From the IMG/VR virus record IMGVR_UViG_3300048691_000224: DNA of 64,000 nucleotides; one strand, 5' to 3'. The notes beneath the pieces were generated by a model that was not told the DNA's origin, did not search any database, and was given only the letters and a program-made list of their open reading frames with translations. Source of the stretch: a virus. Taxonomy: Duplodnaviria > Caudoviricetes. Below, piece after piece: positions 34,502 to 45,500 of the stretch; the stretch's first letter is position 1; each line of letters starts with the position of its first letter. The position numbers and the translations under genes are program-made.

Positions 34502-36516
34502 CCTAACATCCTACCTTGCTTGAATGCTGCAATGTCAAAACTCTCAACTTCCCTAGGTGAGTGTGTCTCTCTCAAGGTCATTGATATTGTCATTACAGCT
34601 GGGAACGGAATACCCTCAGATGTTGGTATGTAGTCGACGTCATTTGGATAATCGTACGTCAGACTCTCAATCACAACTGGGATCTTATTTATATTTTGAG
34701 CGGATGTTGAATTTCCAGGGTCTGAATATCCATATAGGTACAACACCATCGGAGGAGCACCCAACATACTTGATTCGGTTGTTGCTGCTGCTTTAGAAGC
34801 GGCGATTCGGTTGGCTACAGCTTCTGTCTTTTGTGCTTGAGCTGCTTTTCGTGCAGCTTGAGCCGCAGAATCTGCAGCACTTTCTGTCGCTGTTTGGTCT
34901 GGTTGAATTGGACTCTCAATATTCCCATAGTATGCACCAGTCGCATCTGTGTGCCCCGTCAATCCAGGGGTGGAATCTGTAGTAGTGGGCGCAAGTTGTT
35001 TAGTGATATTTGTGGGTTGAGATCGGGCGCTACGAGCTGACGTAGATAGTTTAGCAGGTGGAGCGCCGGCGGCCCCTTTGTCCACTGTGGCGTTTTGAGA
35101 ATCGTTGGCTTGCGGTAGTTTATTTGCTGGAATTAGTGTAGGGTTCGCTACTTTCTCATTATTGGCAATTATTGGTACAGCTGAAGATGAGTTGGGGGTA
35201 GCATTTGAAGCGGTGGGTTGTGATGCGGCAGTTTTGTTGCGAGCGTCAGATACCGCTGACTCAGCGGCCCACTTTGCTGCTTGTTGTTTGCCGTACTCTA
35301 TCGCTTGTTGCGTCTTTTCTGCTTGCGTCATTCCTGGTGTGATCGTAGGTTCGACTGCTGTTTGAATTGCTGGGGGTGTTGGTGTAGTAGCAACAGGTTC
35401 TGCTGTTTCAGTAGCACCGCCATCACCCCCCACAGTACCAAAATATGGTTTAAGCCAACTTCTCAGTTTGTTGAGATCCCTCAAATTTTCGCTAGCTTCC
35501 TCAAATGTCCTAGAAAATAGATTGATATCAGTGATTGTATAGTTGCGAGTAGGGTTACCTTTGAAAAAAGTAAAACTCGTTGGCATATGTGTGGGAGACA
35601 TCTCTGTGTATGTTGCCAAATCGCCCGTACTGATTCGAGGTTGGGCTTTGAATACAAATTTATCACCAGGACTCAATGTGGGTACCAGGTACACTTTACC
35701 AAAGTCGGGGTCAGATACTGCTGCTGCTTGTGCAACATTGTTCACTGGTTCAGCAGCGCGGGATTGGTTTTCTGCTTGTCTAAAACTATCTCGTGGGGTA
35801 ACCTCGGCTGCGTTTTGTTCTCTGATTTCCGAACGTCTGAAATCAGAGTTGTCAGCGGGCGACGTGGTATTATCATTCTCAGCGACTACACTCGATTGGT
35901 CAGAGTTTGAACCTGCTTGATTTTGGGCTGCCAATTCTGTCTGAGCTGCATTAGGAGCACTCTCAGCGCTTGCATTTTGAGCTGCTATCTCAACCTGACG
36001 AAAGCTCACCTGCGGTTCAGCTACATCACTCGATGCTGGAGCTGTCGAGGAAACAATATTCTGCTCAAAGGCTGCAGTAGTTTGTTGCGTAAAATTTGAA
36101 AATTGGGAACTCGCTAAATTTGTAGCAGTTCCTAGCGATGATATCGATGATCCTAGCGTATTGACGAAGGAGGTTGTCAGTCCATTTACTATTGGTCCGA
36201 CGGCGGTAGTTGCTAAACCTAGCGCGGCGGAGTTACCAATGATATCCGAGCGCAATCCCGTAAACACTGCTCCCGTAACTGCGTTTTTAAATGCGGCGGT
36301 TCCTACATCAACGATAGACCCTACTGCAGGAGCTAAGCTACCCAAGCTTTCAGTCGCAACTGAACTCGCAATCTGAACTATTTGGTCGTGAGATTGAGTG
36401 GGGAGACGAAGTGTATTAACTCCAGTTAATACCTTTGGGACACTTAGTGATACAACTGACCGCTTGAATGGTGCACGGAGTTGATTCAGTCCATCGGTGT
36501 ATATTTTTGATGCCAT
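34495..36516 (-). CDS. baseplate / tail-tube cap-like protein (gp48-like) with long low-complexity segments
   Basis: Conserved-looking blocks LRSWLKPYFG, GAPPMVLYLYGY, IPVVIESLTYDYPNDVDYI. Confidence 0.65.
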   Translation of the reverse strand: MASKIYTDGLNQLRAPFKRSVVSLSVPKVLTGVNTLRLPTQSHDQIVQIASSVATESLGSLAPAVGSIVDVGTAAFKNAVTGAVFTGLRSDIIGNSAALGLATTAVGPIVNGLTTSFVNTLGSSISSLGTATNLASSQFSNFTQQTTAAFEQNIVSSTAPASSDVAEPQVSFRQVEIAAQNASAESAPNAAQTELAAQNQAGSNSDQSSVVAENDNTTSPADNSDFRRSEIREQNAAEVTPRDSFRQAENQSRAAEPVNNVAQAAAVSDPDFGKVYLVPTLSPGDKFVFKAQPRISTGDLATYTEMSPTHMPTSFTFFKGNPTRNYTITDINLFSRTFEEASENLRDLNKLRSWLKPYFGTVGGDGGATETAEPVATTPTPPAIQTAVEPTITPGMTQAEKTQQAIEYGKQQAAKWAAESAVSDARNKTAASQPTASNATPNSSSAVPIIANNEKVANPTLIPANKLPQANDSQNATVDKGAAGAPPAKLSTSARSARSQPTNITKQLAPTTTDSTPGLTGHTDATGAYYGNIESPIQPDQTATESAADSAAQAARKAAQAQKTEAVANRIAASKAAATTESSMLGAPPMVLYLYGYSDPGNSTSAQNINKIPVVIESLTYDYPNDVDYIPTSEGIPFPAVMTISMTLRETHSPREVESFDIAAFKQGRMLGW

Positions 36517-36518
36517 GG

Positions 36519-37115
36519 TTACGCGGTCACATTCTGTTGACTGTCGTATCGGCGCTTAAGTAGGTCGAATAATTTCTGAGCCTTGGGTTCACTACTTGGG
36601 ACAATTTGTTTAAATTGATTAAAATCATCTGCAACAACAGCGGCTCGGGCTTTGGAAGATGACAGTCCTTCAGTCCCATCAGAGTCTGGATCTCGTGCCA
36701 GGGCAACAACTTCAACAGGATCAGTCTGAGTGTCCGCAAATACGCGGGCAGCCATGCTCTTATACGCCGACAACCTATCAGATCCACACACAATCAATCC
36801 ACAACGCCGGTTAGAGTCAGATACTTGAAGTAGTGCATCGAATGCATTCTTCACAATAACAATTTCAAGATCACCATATAGATCCTTAATCTGATCAAGC
36901 CGTTCTTTACCTGTCAGTAAGCGATCGGGAGCAAATCGACCAACATCAACAATGCACACCATCGGTGTGAGTTTTCGGGCGGCGCACTCTCGAATCAACC
37001 TATCAACCATCTGTTTGTGCCCTTTAGTTACGGGAGAGAATTTTCCTATCACGAGGCCGACACCTGTAGCAGAAGATTCCTTCAGTGTTGATGTATTCAG
37101 GTAGGATATAAACAT
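36519..37115 (-). CDS. HIGH-family nucleotidyltransferase (cytidyltransferase-like)
   Basis: IGKFSPVTKGH, CGSDR, SSSKAR motifs; GTAAATA at 37149-37155. Confidence 0.8.
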   Translation of the reverse strand: MFISYLNTSTLKESSATGVGLVIGKFSPVTKGHKQMVDRLIRECAARKLTPMVCIVDVGRFAPDRLLTGKERLDQIKDLYGDLEIVIVKNAFDALLQVSDSNRRCGLIVCGSDRLSAYKSMAARVFADTQTDPVEVVALARDPDSDGTEGLSSSKARAAVVADDFNQFKQIVPSSEPKAQKLFDLLKRRYDSQQNVTA

Positions 37116-37225
37116 AGATTGATAGAGCTCAGATGATACATTGTTGTGTATTTACTAAATTTAGTTGACCCCAGTCTTGTCCCTGCTGTATATAATAACC
37201 TGTACACCAAGGAATTATATACATT

Positions 37226-37873
37226 ATGGCAACTAAGAAACTCAAGCAACCAAAACAACCCACACCACCATTAGAAGGCATCGATGACGACACAAGTATA
37301 CTGGCTATTGAGCTACTTGAAGAGGAAATGCTTTCCAGTGATTTGATCACGACTGGGTCAGTTGTTGGTGACACCGTTGCTATGCCGGCAGAAAAGGTTA
37401 AGCGTCCACAAGCATATGTTAACAACAAAGCACTACTAGAAGAATTTGACATCAGCATTAAACAAGATCAGATGACACCAAAGTTAGCAAAGATGGTAAT
37501 GATGATATGTCAACGTTATGCGAGAAAGGTTAACTTTAGTAGCTACACATATAATGAAGATATGCAGGGGTTTGCTATGATGAATCTCGTAAAATCGTGG
37601 CGCAGTTTTAATCCTGAGAAATCTCAGAACCCTTTTGCTTATTTTACAACTTGTGTAACCAATTCTTTCTTGCAATATTTAAACCACGAACGCAAGCATA
37701 GAAACATTCGTGACGCACTGTTGGTTGACAACGGTTTGGATCCATCATATACTTTCACTGAAGCATATAATACCTCAGAGTCTCAATCTGAAGTTGTTTC
37801 CCAACAACCCGAACCGCCAACACTCAACGATGTCGTCGTCAAAAAACCCAAAAAAACAAAAACAATTAAATAA
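37226..37873 (+). CDS. late-transcription sigma factor (T4 gp55-like)
   Basis: YVNNKAL...NFSSYTYNEDM...FNPEKSQNPFAYFT. Confidence 0.9.
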   Translation: MATKKLKQPKQPTPPLEGIDDDTSILAIELLEEEMLSSDLITTGSVVGDTVAMPAEKVKRPQAYVNNKALLEEFDISIKQDQMTPKLAKMVMMICQRYARKVNFSSYTYNEDMQGFAMMNLVKSWRSFNPEKSQNPFAYFTTCVTNSFLQYLNHERKHRNIRDALLVDNGLDPSYTFTEAYNTSESQSEVVSQQPEPPTLNDVVVKKPKKTKTIK

Positions 37874-37874
37874 A

Positions 37875-38906
37875 ATGCTTCTGTTTACCGACTACCATGT
37901 CGGTAAATCTCGTGATTTATTCTACACAACCAACACTCTTGAATATATGGAGTGGTTGGTTTCCCTCGTTGAGGGAGATCCGACAATCGATAGCATTGGA
38001 TTCTTAGGAGATTGGCACGAATCTCGAAGCCACATCCACGTCGATACTCTAAACCTTTCATATAAATTGGCAACAAGACTCAACAATCTTGGGCTCCCAA
38101 TCTACTTTGTCGTAGGTAATCACGATTTATTCAACAAACACTCACGAGATATCCACAGTTGTGTATTTTTCAATAAGTTTGAAAATTTCACGATAATTGA
38201 TCAACCTACCATATTCCCAGAATTTGATAAGAGTGCTTTGTTTTCACCGTATCTCTTTCACAATGAGTATGATTTTTGCCTATTGAAGCAGCCTGCTAGC
38301 CACTTGCTCGGCCATTTCGAATTTAAAGATTTCGTGATAACTGGATATAACACCAAGATGGATCACGGGCCAGACGCTCAACAGTTGTCGGAATACATAA
38401 GTGTGTTGTCAGGACACTTTCACAAGAGGCAGACTACAGGGAATGTTACATACATTGGCAACACATTCCCAACCTCATTTGCGGACGCAAATGATACAGC
38501 TCGAGGAGCATGTGTCTACCAATTCGATACCGGACAAAAGACGTACCATAACTGGATGGGGGGCCCCAGATACTACAAGACTACACTGAGTGAGTTAGCA
38601 AGTGGTAAAGTGAATCATGAGGTAAACGAAAAGACATTTGTGCGGTGTATGGCAGATACCCACATTACATACGAGGAACATAATATACTCAAAGACATGT
38701 TTATTAAGCAGCTCGGCATCAAGTCTCTAGCTATCGAAGAGGATAAGACTGAAGCAAAGCAAATACTAGGTGAAACCTTATCAGGAATATCACAAGACGA
38801 ACTTACGAAATCTACAGTAGATGAACTTGTCCACAAGATGCTAAGTCAAATTGCAGTTGAAAAGATTGATAATAAAGCGCTAATTGAAATATACAAAACC
38901 CTCTGA
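37875..38906 (+). CDS. recombination endonuclease subunit (gp47, Mre11/SbcD-like)
   Basis: FTDYH, LGDW, GNHD, GHFE, SGHFH metallophosphoesterase motifs; start MLLFTD. Confidence 0.92.
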   Translation: MLLFTDYHVGKSRDLFYTTNTLEYMEWLVSLVEGDPTIDSIGFLGDWHESRSHIHVDTLNLSYKLATRLNNLGLPIYFVVGNHDLFNKHSRDIHSCVFFNKFENFTIIDQPTIFPEFDKSALFSPYLFHNEYDFCLLKQPASHLLGHFEFKDFVITGYNTKMDHGPDAQQLSEYISVLSGHFHKRQTTGNVTYIGNTFPTSFADANDTARGACVYQFDTGQKTYHNWMGGPRYYKTTLSELASGKVNHEVNEKTFVRCMADTHITYEEHNILKDMFIKQLGIKSLAIEEDKTEAKQILGETLSGISQDELTKSTVDELVHKMLSQIAVEKIDNKALIEIYKTL

Positions 38907-38924
38907 TAATATATCCTACACACA

Positions 38925-40679
38925 ATGCTAGTAATTAAATCAATTTCTTTCCGCAATTTCCGCTCTTATGGCAAGATTGCTACGAATATCAACTTCAATG
39001 TCCCCGGAACAACATTAATCATTGGTAAAAATGATGATGACAAGACCACAAACGGGCAAGGTAAGACGTCTATCTTATTCTGCCTGACGTGGTTATTCTA
39101 CGACAAGGTGTTGGACTCTCTCACAAAAGATGAGTTGATCAACAACATCAATAAACAAGATTTGCATGGTGCTGTCGACTTTTCCATAGACGATGTGTCA
39201 TATCACATCGAACGTTGGCGGAAGGGTGGAAAAGGATTCCGCGAGAATGGCGTCAGCATTTCAGAGAATGGTATCGATATCACTCCAGCAAGTGCTGATC
39301 ACACCAACACACTAATCGAGAAAATTGTTGGGATTGACTTCGACTTGTTTTCGCGCATCGTGGTGTTCAGTGCAACGAACAAGAGTTTTTTCGACTTACC
39401 TACTAATTCTCACTACGAATCAAACCAGACGGATATGATCGAGCAGTTGTTTGATTTACAATCACTGTCGCTCAAGGCGCAGACACTCAAGACGCAGATC
39501 AAAGTTACTGAACAATCACTGTCTACCCAACAGACTATAATTGAGGCAACAGCCAAACAAATAGATACTCACCACGATTTGATCTCAAAAGCAAAGGCAA
39601 GGTCAATTAGTTGGGAAAACCAGTCAAAGATTGCTATCAATCAACTAACTACCGACCTAGATTCAATCAAGGGTGTGGACTTTGAGTACGAGAAAAAGTT
39701 ACACGCTACTGTAAATGAACTCCAAAAGGTAAAATCTGACACTAAGCGTGGTGTCGATAAAGTAACATCAACAATATCCGACCTGATTCGTGAATCCAAA
39801 AAACTAAAAAAGGAAGCTGCGGCGTTGGCAGAGTCTAAGTGCCCATATTGTGAACAGGAATTTAAGGGCTCTAAGGAGAAGCAGGCTGATGTTGCTGCAA
39901 AGCTGAGTCAATTGGAGACGGACATTCTGAACTGCGATTCTGAATCAGTCGAAATGAAGACTAAGTTAGACACTGTAACAAGACTACTGGAGGCTGCCCA
40001 ATCGAAGTCAACGGTTGATGATTTCAATCATCTAGTAGAATTACACACACAACACCAACAACTTCAGACGAGACTAGAAGGGTTGCGAGCTCAGTTAAAC
40101 CCACACCTCGACACACTTCAGGAATTGCTTGACGCACAACCTGAGGAAGCAAACTTTGATTCAATCAACACACTTTCGAAGTTGAATGAACACCAAGCGT
40201 TCTTATTAAAGTTGCTGACGAAGAAGGATTCTTTTGTTAGGAAAGCTCTCTTGTTGAAAAACATTCCATTTTTAAATGGCCGAATGGCCACATATCTCGA
40301 AGCACTTGGCTTGCCTCATGGTGTAGAGTTCACTCCCAATCTTAATGCGTGCATTACTCAGTTTGGTAGAGAGCTGTCGTACGGATGTTTGAGCAATGGG
40401 CAAAAGGCTCGAGTCAACTTTGCACTTAGTTTAGCGTTCTGTGATGTACTACAGAAGATCCACCGCAAAATTAATATTCAGATATTTGATGAGGTGTTAG
40501 ATATTGGGCTTGACTCACACGGCATCAGTGCCGCATCGCGCCTGTTGAAACGCAAGGCTCGGGAAGAGAACCTTGCTGTATTTGTAATATCTCACAGAGA
40601 CGAGATCTCAAATGCTTTTGATAACACACTGATTGTCAGGCAGACTGACGGATTTAGTCACATCGAAATTACTCAGTAG
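38925..40679 (+). CDS. recombination ATPase subunit (gp46, Rad50/SbcC-like)
   Basis: NGQGKTS, coiled coil with CPYC hook, LSNGQ signature, IFDE Walker B. Confidence 0.93.
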   Translation: MLVIKSISFRNFRSYGKIATNINFNVPGTTLIIGKNDDDKTTNGQGKTSILFCLTWLFYDKVLDSLTKDELINNINKQDLHGAVDFSIDDVSYHIERWRKGGKGFRENGVSISENGIDITPASADHTNTLIEKIVGIDFDLFSRIVVFSATNKSFFDLPTNSHYESNQTDMIEQLFDLQSLSLKAQTLKTQIKVTEQSLSTQQTIIEATAKQIDTHHDLISKAKARSISWENQSKIAINQLTTDLDSIKGVDFEYEKKLHATVNELQKVKSDTKRGVDKVTSTISDLIRESKKLKKEAAALAESKCPYCEQEFKGSKEKQADVAAKLSQLETDILNCDSESVEMKTKLDTVTRLLEAAQSKSTVDDFNHLVELHTQHQQLQTRLEGLRAQLNPHLDTLQELLDAQPEEANFDSINTLSKLNEHQAFLLKLLTKKDSFVRKALLLKNIPFLNGRMATYLEALGLPHGVEFTPNLNACITQFGRELSYGCLSNGQKARVNFALSLAFCDVLQKIHRKINIQIFDEVLDIGLDSHGISAASRLLKRKAREENLAVFVISHRDEISNAFDNTLIVRQTDGFSHIEITQ

Positions 40680-40689
40680 GTGATTTAAC

Positions 40690-41187
40690 TCACGCAAAAA
40701 ACTCTGTCAACGGCAGAGTGAGCAAATCATCGAGAGTGTATACAAACATATCCTTGTACTTGAACCTACAAGGAATTCCCTCGTGGTGTTTTGTGACTAG
40801 TACAATTTCCGGAACATTGTTATACTTGATAATTAAGAGAGGTGCCTTGCCTGTCTGAGAGCTATCTTGAGTTACTTGAGCTAACCACCCATCCCACTGC
40901 TTAATCTCTCCACTAAACAACACACCCATCGATGGTGGAGTTTTGTAGTGTTTACACTCAATGGAGAATAAAAATGAAACAGGACAAATCAAATCTCCAA
41001 AAGTGGCCATGCTTGTATCGTGAGTACCGACGCGCTGCTTATTAGAACCACCAAAGAAACTACCTGAATCTGGGTTTCGGCGAAACCCCTTCTCCATTTG
41101 CAGATGCTCTGAGAATTGCTCGGAGAGTCGGTTTGCAATTCTCCGCTCGAAGGTAGATCCCTTATTCTTACTATTAATCTTTGTCAT
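40690..41187 (-). CDS. PD-(D/E)XK nuclease, Holliday-junction resolvase-like
   Basis: KGSTFER...GDL...SIECKHY; CTAAATA at 41214-41220. Confidence 0.75.
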   Translation of the reverse strand: MTKINSKNKGSTFERRIANRLSEQFSEHLQMEKGFRRNPDSGSFFGGSNKQRVGTHDTSMATFGDLICPVSFLFSIECKHYKTPPSMGVLFSGEIKQWDGWLAQVTQDSSQTGKAPLLIIKYNNVPEIVLVTKHHEGIPCRFKYKDMFVYTLDDLLTLPLTEFFA

Positions 41188-41282
41188 AACTCACCGTGGG
41201 TATTGTAGTGTGATATTTAGTTAAGTAGTTCAGCGGGCGACCCTAGAGTTACTTAACTGTTCTGACCAATATATTATGCATG

Positions 41283-41290
41283 TATAAATA
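41283..41290 (+). promoter_or_regulatory. T4-type late promoter
   Basis: Perfect TATAAATA. Confidence 0.7.
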
Positions 41291-41847
41291 ACAAATCGAT
41301 TCTTCACTAGAATTGATATACAATCTGAAAATTTGAGGGGAGCACGACTCTATTAGCGGTGAGGTGCCCTTGAAGGATGTGTTGAGAGTGACTACTTCGA
41401 TGTAGGGTGAATTTGTGGGGGTCCACAACATAAGACGTATAAACAGTCGTCAGTTCACCGGAGATACAAATTTCTCCTATATTAAACCCAACTATGTCGT
41501 AACTTCTAAACTCGAGAGACCGACCGATAAACTGTGTTGCTGCTCTTGATTGTGCCGTTGTGACCCAACGAACAAAATAGCACAAGTAATATCTGATGTA
41601 ATTTGCGGTCAGATACGAGAATAAATTCAATTTATTCCGAATTGCAAATCGGCATGCTGTCACCCGCGTGTACGTTAGGGGGGATTATAAAACTGGTTTT
41701 GTAATTTCACGCCTTAGTAATTGAATTACAAAAAAAAATTGACGTAGTGCTAACGAAGTCACCGATAAACGGAATCAACGGAGTTGATGCAGTGCGGGAG
41801 GCAAGGGATGTAATGTGAATAAGTACTAGATTAGGAATAAATCAATT

Positions 41848-42219
41848 ATGCGTAGTTTATACCGAGGATTCTCGCTGCACGAGTTCCGCCAAAAGCACAG
41901 CACTAAGTTAGTAGATCTCGACTTAGTTAAAATGAATTTACTTACTCACATCTATACCAGCAAAGGTGAGAGATTAAAAATGACAAAGTTTGGAACAAGG
42001 ATTCCAGGTTTGTTATTTGAACCAATGACAAAGGAAGCAATAGATATAGTGCGCGAGGACTTGACTTATGTATGCAACTACGACCCGCGCGTAGAACTCA
42101 AAAATTTGTCTGTCGTTCCAAATTGGAATGCACATGCAATCATTGCAACAATAGAGTTGAACTACATTGAATTAAATCTAATTGATGTACTTTCTCTGCA
42201 CCTGGAATTTGGTGGTTAA
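41848..42219 (+). CDS. baseplate wedge subunit (gp25-like)
   Basis: TSKGER.KM..FGTRI..LLFEP, YDPRV motifs. Confidence 0.9.
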   Translation: MRSLYRGFSLHEFRQKHSTKLVDLDLVKMNLLTHIYTSKGERLKMTKFGTRIPGLLFEPMTKEAIDIVREDLTYVCNYDPRVELKNLSVVPNWNAHAIIATIELNYIELNLIDVLSLHLEFGG

Positions 42220-42293
42220 TCCACACTCCAACAAGTTGTACTGAATTCAATCGGGCAACTTACCTAGTAGGTACCTAGAGCTAGTAATTACTA

Positions 42294-42466
42294 AAGATAG
42301 ATGAGGACTTCGTTAGCACTACATCCTCATCTATCTTGCGTTTTAAGTTACATTGAACTTTGGTTTTACTTCACTACGTTACACAACCCCAAAGTTCAAT
42401 GTAACTTAAAGTTTTTATCCCTCGGGGATATGAGTGATTTGTTTGGATAAATAACAAATCACTCAT
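42294..42466. repeat. three consecutive perfect inverted repeats (14, 22 and 14 bp)
   Basis: Arms at 42294-42307/42324-42337, 42342-42363/42389-42410 and 42430-42443/42453-42466. Confidence 0.95.
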
Positions 42467-42513
42467 GCCGCGCACATGTCAAATAAGTACGGCGGAACTT
42501 ACATATTACCTAA

Positions 42514-45500
42514 ATGCCAGCTGCTCCAAATACTAACTTTGCCGAACAATGGCAGTCAACATACGATGTTTTAAAGAAGTCAATTTCTTATAAACAGTTT
42601 GATTATGATGAAATCAAACAAGTTCTCATAAGCTATCTCCGAACATATCACCCAGAGTATTTCAACAACCTTATTGAAACGGATGAAATGCTACCCTTAA
42701 TAGAGTTATTCGCATATGTAGGGGAACTGTTTGCATATAGGGTAGACGTAAACACACAAGAACACATACTGGGTAATGTTACCCGCAAGTCCTCAGCCCT
42801 GCAACTAGCAGCGATGATGGGGTACACACCCTCTCGTCGGACCCCAGCAACTGGTCTGGTTAAAATAGATACCCTAACTACAACTGAATCAATTATCGAC
42901 CAACAGGGTGTGGATTTAAAAAATAAAGCTGTTAAGTGGAACGATCAAACCAATTCAAATTGGCAGCTTCAGTTTGAATTAATCCTCAACAAAATTGTCA
43001 ATAATAAGACCGGAATCATAAACGACTCAGACAAGCTGAATCTTGATGGTACGATAGTCGAGAAGTTCTCACTTAATGTTGCACCAACGGCGAATGGTGT
43101 GTACAGGTACACAGTCAACCTCGATAAACTAAATTTGCCGATGGAGCTCGTTCCGGTAAAATTAACTGAGAGTGCTATTGCTGAGTACCCAGCATCGGGG
43201 GATAGATCACTCGACATTCTTAGGCTCAATGATGGATTTGGAGTAGGGTCAAGAAACACTGGATACTTCTTCCTAACCAAGCAAGGACACTTATCACCAA
43301 CCCCCTTGTTCTTTGATGGCGCAACGGTAAACCACACAGATGCGCTCCGGATCAATGGCATCAATGATACAGACGTCTGGCTTGCGGAATTGACCTCGAG
43401 TGGTGATTTCGTTCGCCATTGGACTCAAGTTGACAATATTGCATACAATAGCCCAACAAACGACCGCAATGTATTTCAGGTTGAGACTCTTGAGGGTGAT
43501 GGGATTCAATTGGTATTTGGAGATGGTAACTACTCTAATGTACCCACTGGCCATTTTACTCTCTGGACTCGTGCTAGTGAGGCTCTCACACAATCAATCC
43601 CCGTGTCGGTGATACAGAAGCGAGTGATGATTCTTGAGTACCAAGACTTGTATGGTAACAAACAACGTTGTACAGTACAATTCTCTCTAACGACTCCAAT
43701 TGAGAATCAATCCGAGTCTGAATCGATTAGAAAACTTCAGCGGGCAGTTCCTGGTGTGTACTACACTCAGGACAGGATGGTTAATGCTCAAGATCACGAG
43801 GGGTACCTACTCCAAGATCCATCCATCGTAAAAATTAAGGCGGTCAATCGAAGCTTCACAGGTCAGTCGAAATATTCAGGCTGGAACGACGGTAGTGAAG
43901 TGTATGAAAATGTAAAAATATTCAGCAATGATGGTGCATTCTACTTCAAGCCAACCATCAAGCTAAAAGAAGTTCTCAATCCTAATAACTCAATCCCAAC
44001 AATTGTGTTCGCCCTCACACACGTGGAGCCATTACTAGCTGCACCTGACCTCTGGTTGGGTATTGTGCAGAGAAATGCGGCGAATGTACAAGTTAGGACG
44101 TACCTTACAATACCAGAGCGCTCTCAACTGGTCAACGCTCTAGATTTGCTAACTAGCGGTGGCACAGTCGGCTTCAAGTGGGACATTACGACAAACACTT
44201 GGATAATCGGACTGAACCTGACTGTAACTCCTGATATTACAATCAATGTGATGACATCGACACGGGGTTGGGTAATAACCTCATATACCGCCGCGACTAT
44301 ATTCTCCAGCGCAACAACTAAATTTTGGAACTACTCGCTAGGATCTCAATTAGATTACGATACCTTATTGCCAACAGCTGACCGAATTACAATTCTGAAA
44401 GCTAACGTCAACAAAACAAAAAATGGTGTGCTTACAGATGATGTTGTGTTTAAGGTCGCTGGCAATGTAGTCACATATTCTTCGCTGCCGAATCAAACTA
44501 CTGTAGATTTATCAAAAGTAGAACTAATCGGTTCAGATTCGAATGGAGATGGGTTCCCAGAAGACCTTGCAGCTGAGTCACTACTAAACTCGATATACAC
44601 CTTCGCGGTACCACAAAATAGTGCCATCGATTTAACACTACCCGACAAGTACCTACGGGGATTTGGTGACGTCAGTGCAGTGTACGGAAACTCGGATCCG
44701 GTAACGTGGGAAGAAGATCCGACTGGTATGTCAGGCCAACTAGTCAACATAATTAAAATTGCTGATACGAGATCTAACACTCAGATCACGGTGGTTGTAC
44801 GCGACTTTGTGTACTTGTCTCGGCCCAATACCAACTCGGATTTCATCATCCAAGAGGACACAGATTCTGTCAGATTAAACTACGCTTACGACTTCGCTCA
44901 TAACCTATACATTCGTTACCCTGGACGAAAAGATTTGAACTTTTTGTGGGAGCACTACACAGACTCATTCAACTTGGTAGATCCGGTACACACCAACGTC
45001 AACGATTTGTACATAATCACCAAACAGTACTACGTTGATACTCTGAACTGGCTCCAATCAGACGCCCCTCAACCAGAAGTGCCTAGTTACTTCCAACTCA
45101 AGACGTCGTATTCTGCCTACCTACAGAATGCAATGATGTCTGATGAGGTGATACTTCGCCCCGGTAAATTCAAAGTATTGTACGGTAAAAATGCTCCACC
45201 ACAAAGTCGTGCAAAAATTCAACTCGTTGTCAACAACCTATCAACATCTTCGGATATGGTCAAGACTGATGTGATATCGCTCATTCGTCAATACTTCGAC
45301 ATCTCCAATATCGCATTTGGTGATCAATTGTTTTTCTCGAGCCTGGCAGCATATGTTCAGACCAACACCAAATACGACATCCGGTCGATGTTGTTAGTGC
45401 CACTGTATCCAGAATTTCAATTTGGAGATTTGTATCAAGTGCAAAGCGCTGCTGATGAAATCTTAATTGCAGATGTGTCGGCAGTGGATATTCAAATAGT

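Noticed and set aside
37165-37196. sigma70 promoter for the gp55-like gene (TTGACC...TATAAT)
   Set aside because: The spacer to TATAAT is 20 nt, too long to call with confidence.
37710-37874. N-terminal extension of the gp47 ORF in the track
   Set aside because: It overlaps the gp55-like gene; the ATG at 37875 directly after the gp55 stop gives a normal gp47 start.
41249-41663. Minus-strand 60-aa and 118-aa ORFs in the large intergenic region
   Set aside because: No SD, no recognisable motifs, atypical composition and mutually overlapping frames; the region is treated as non-coding.
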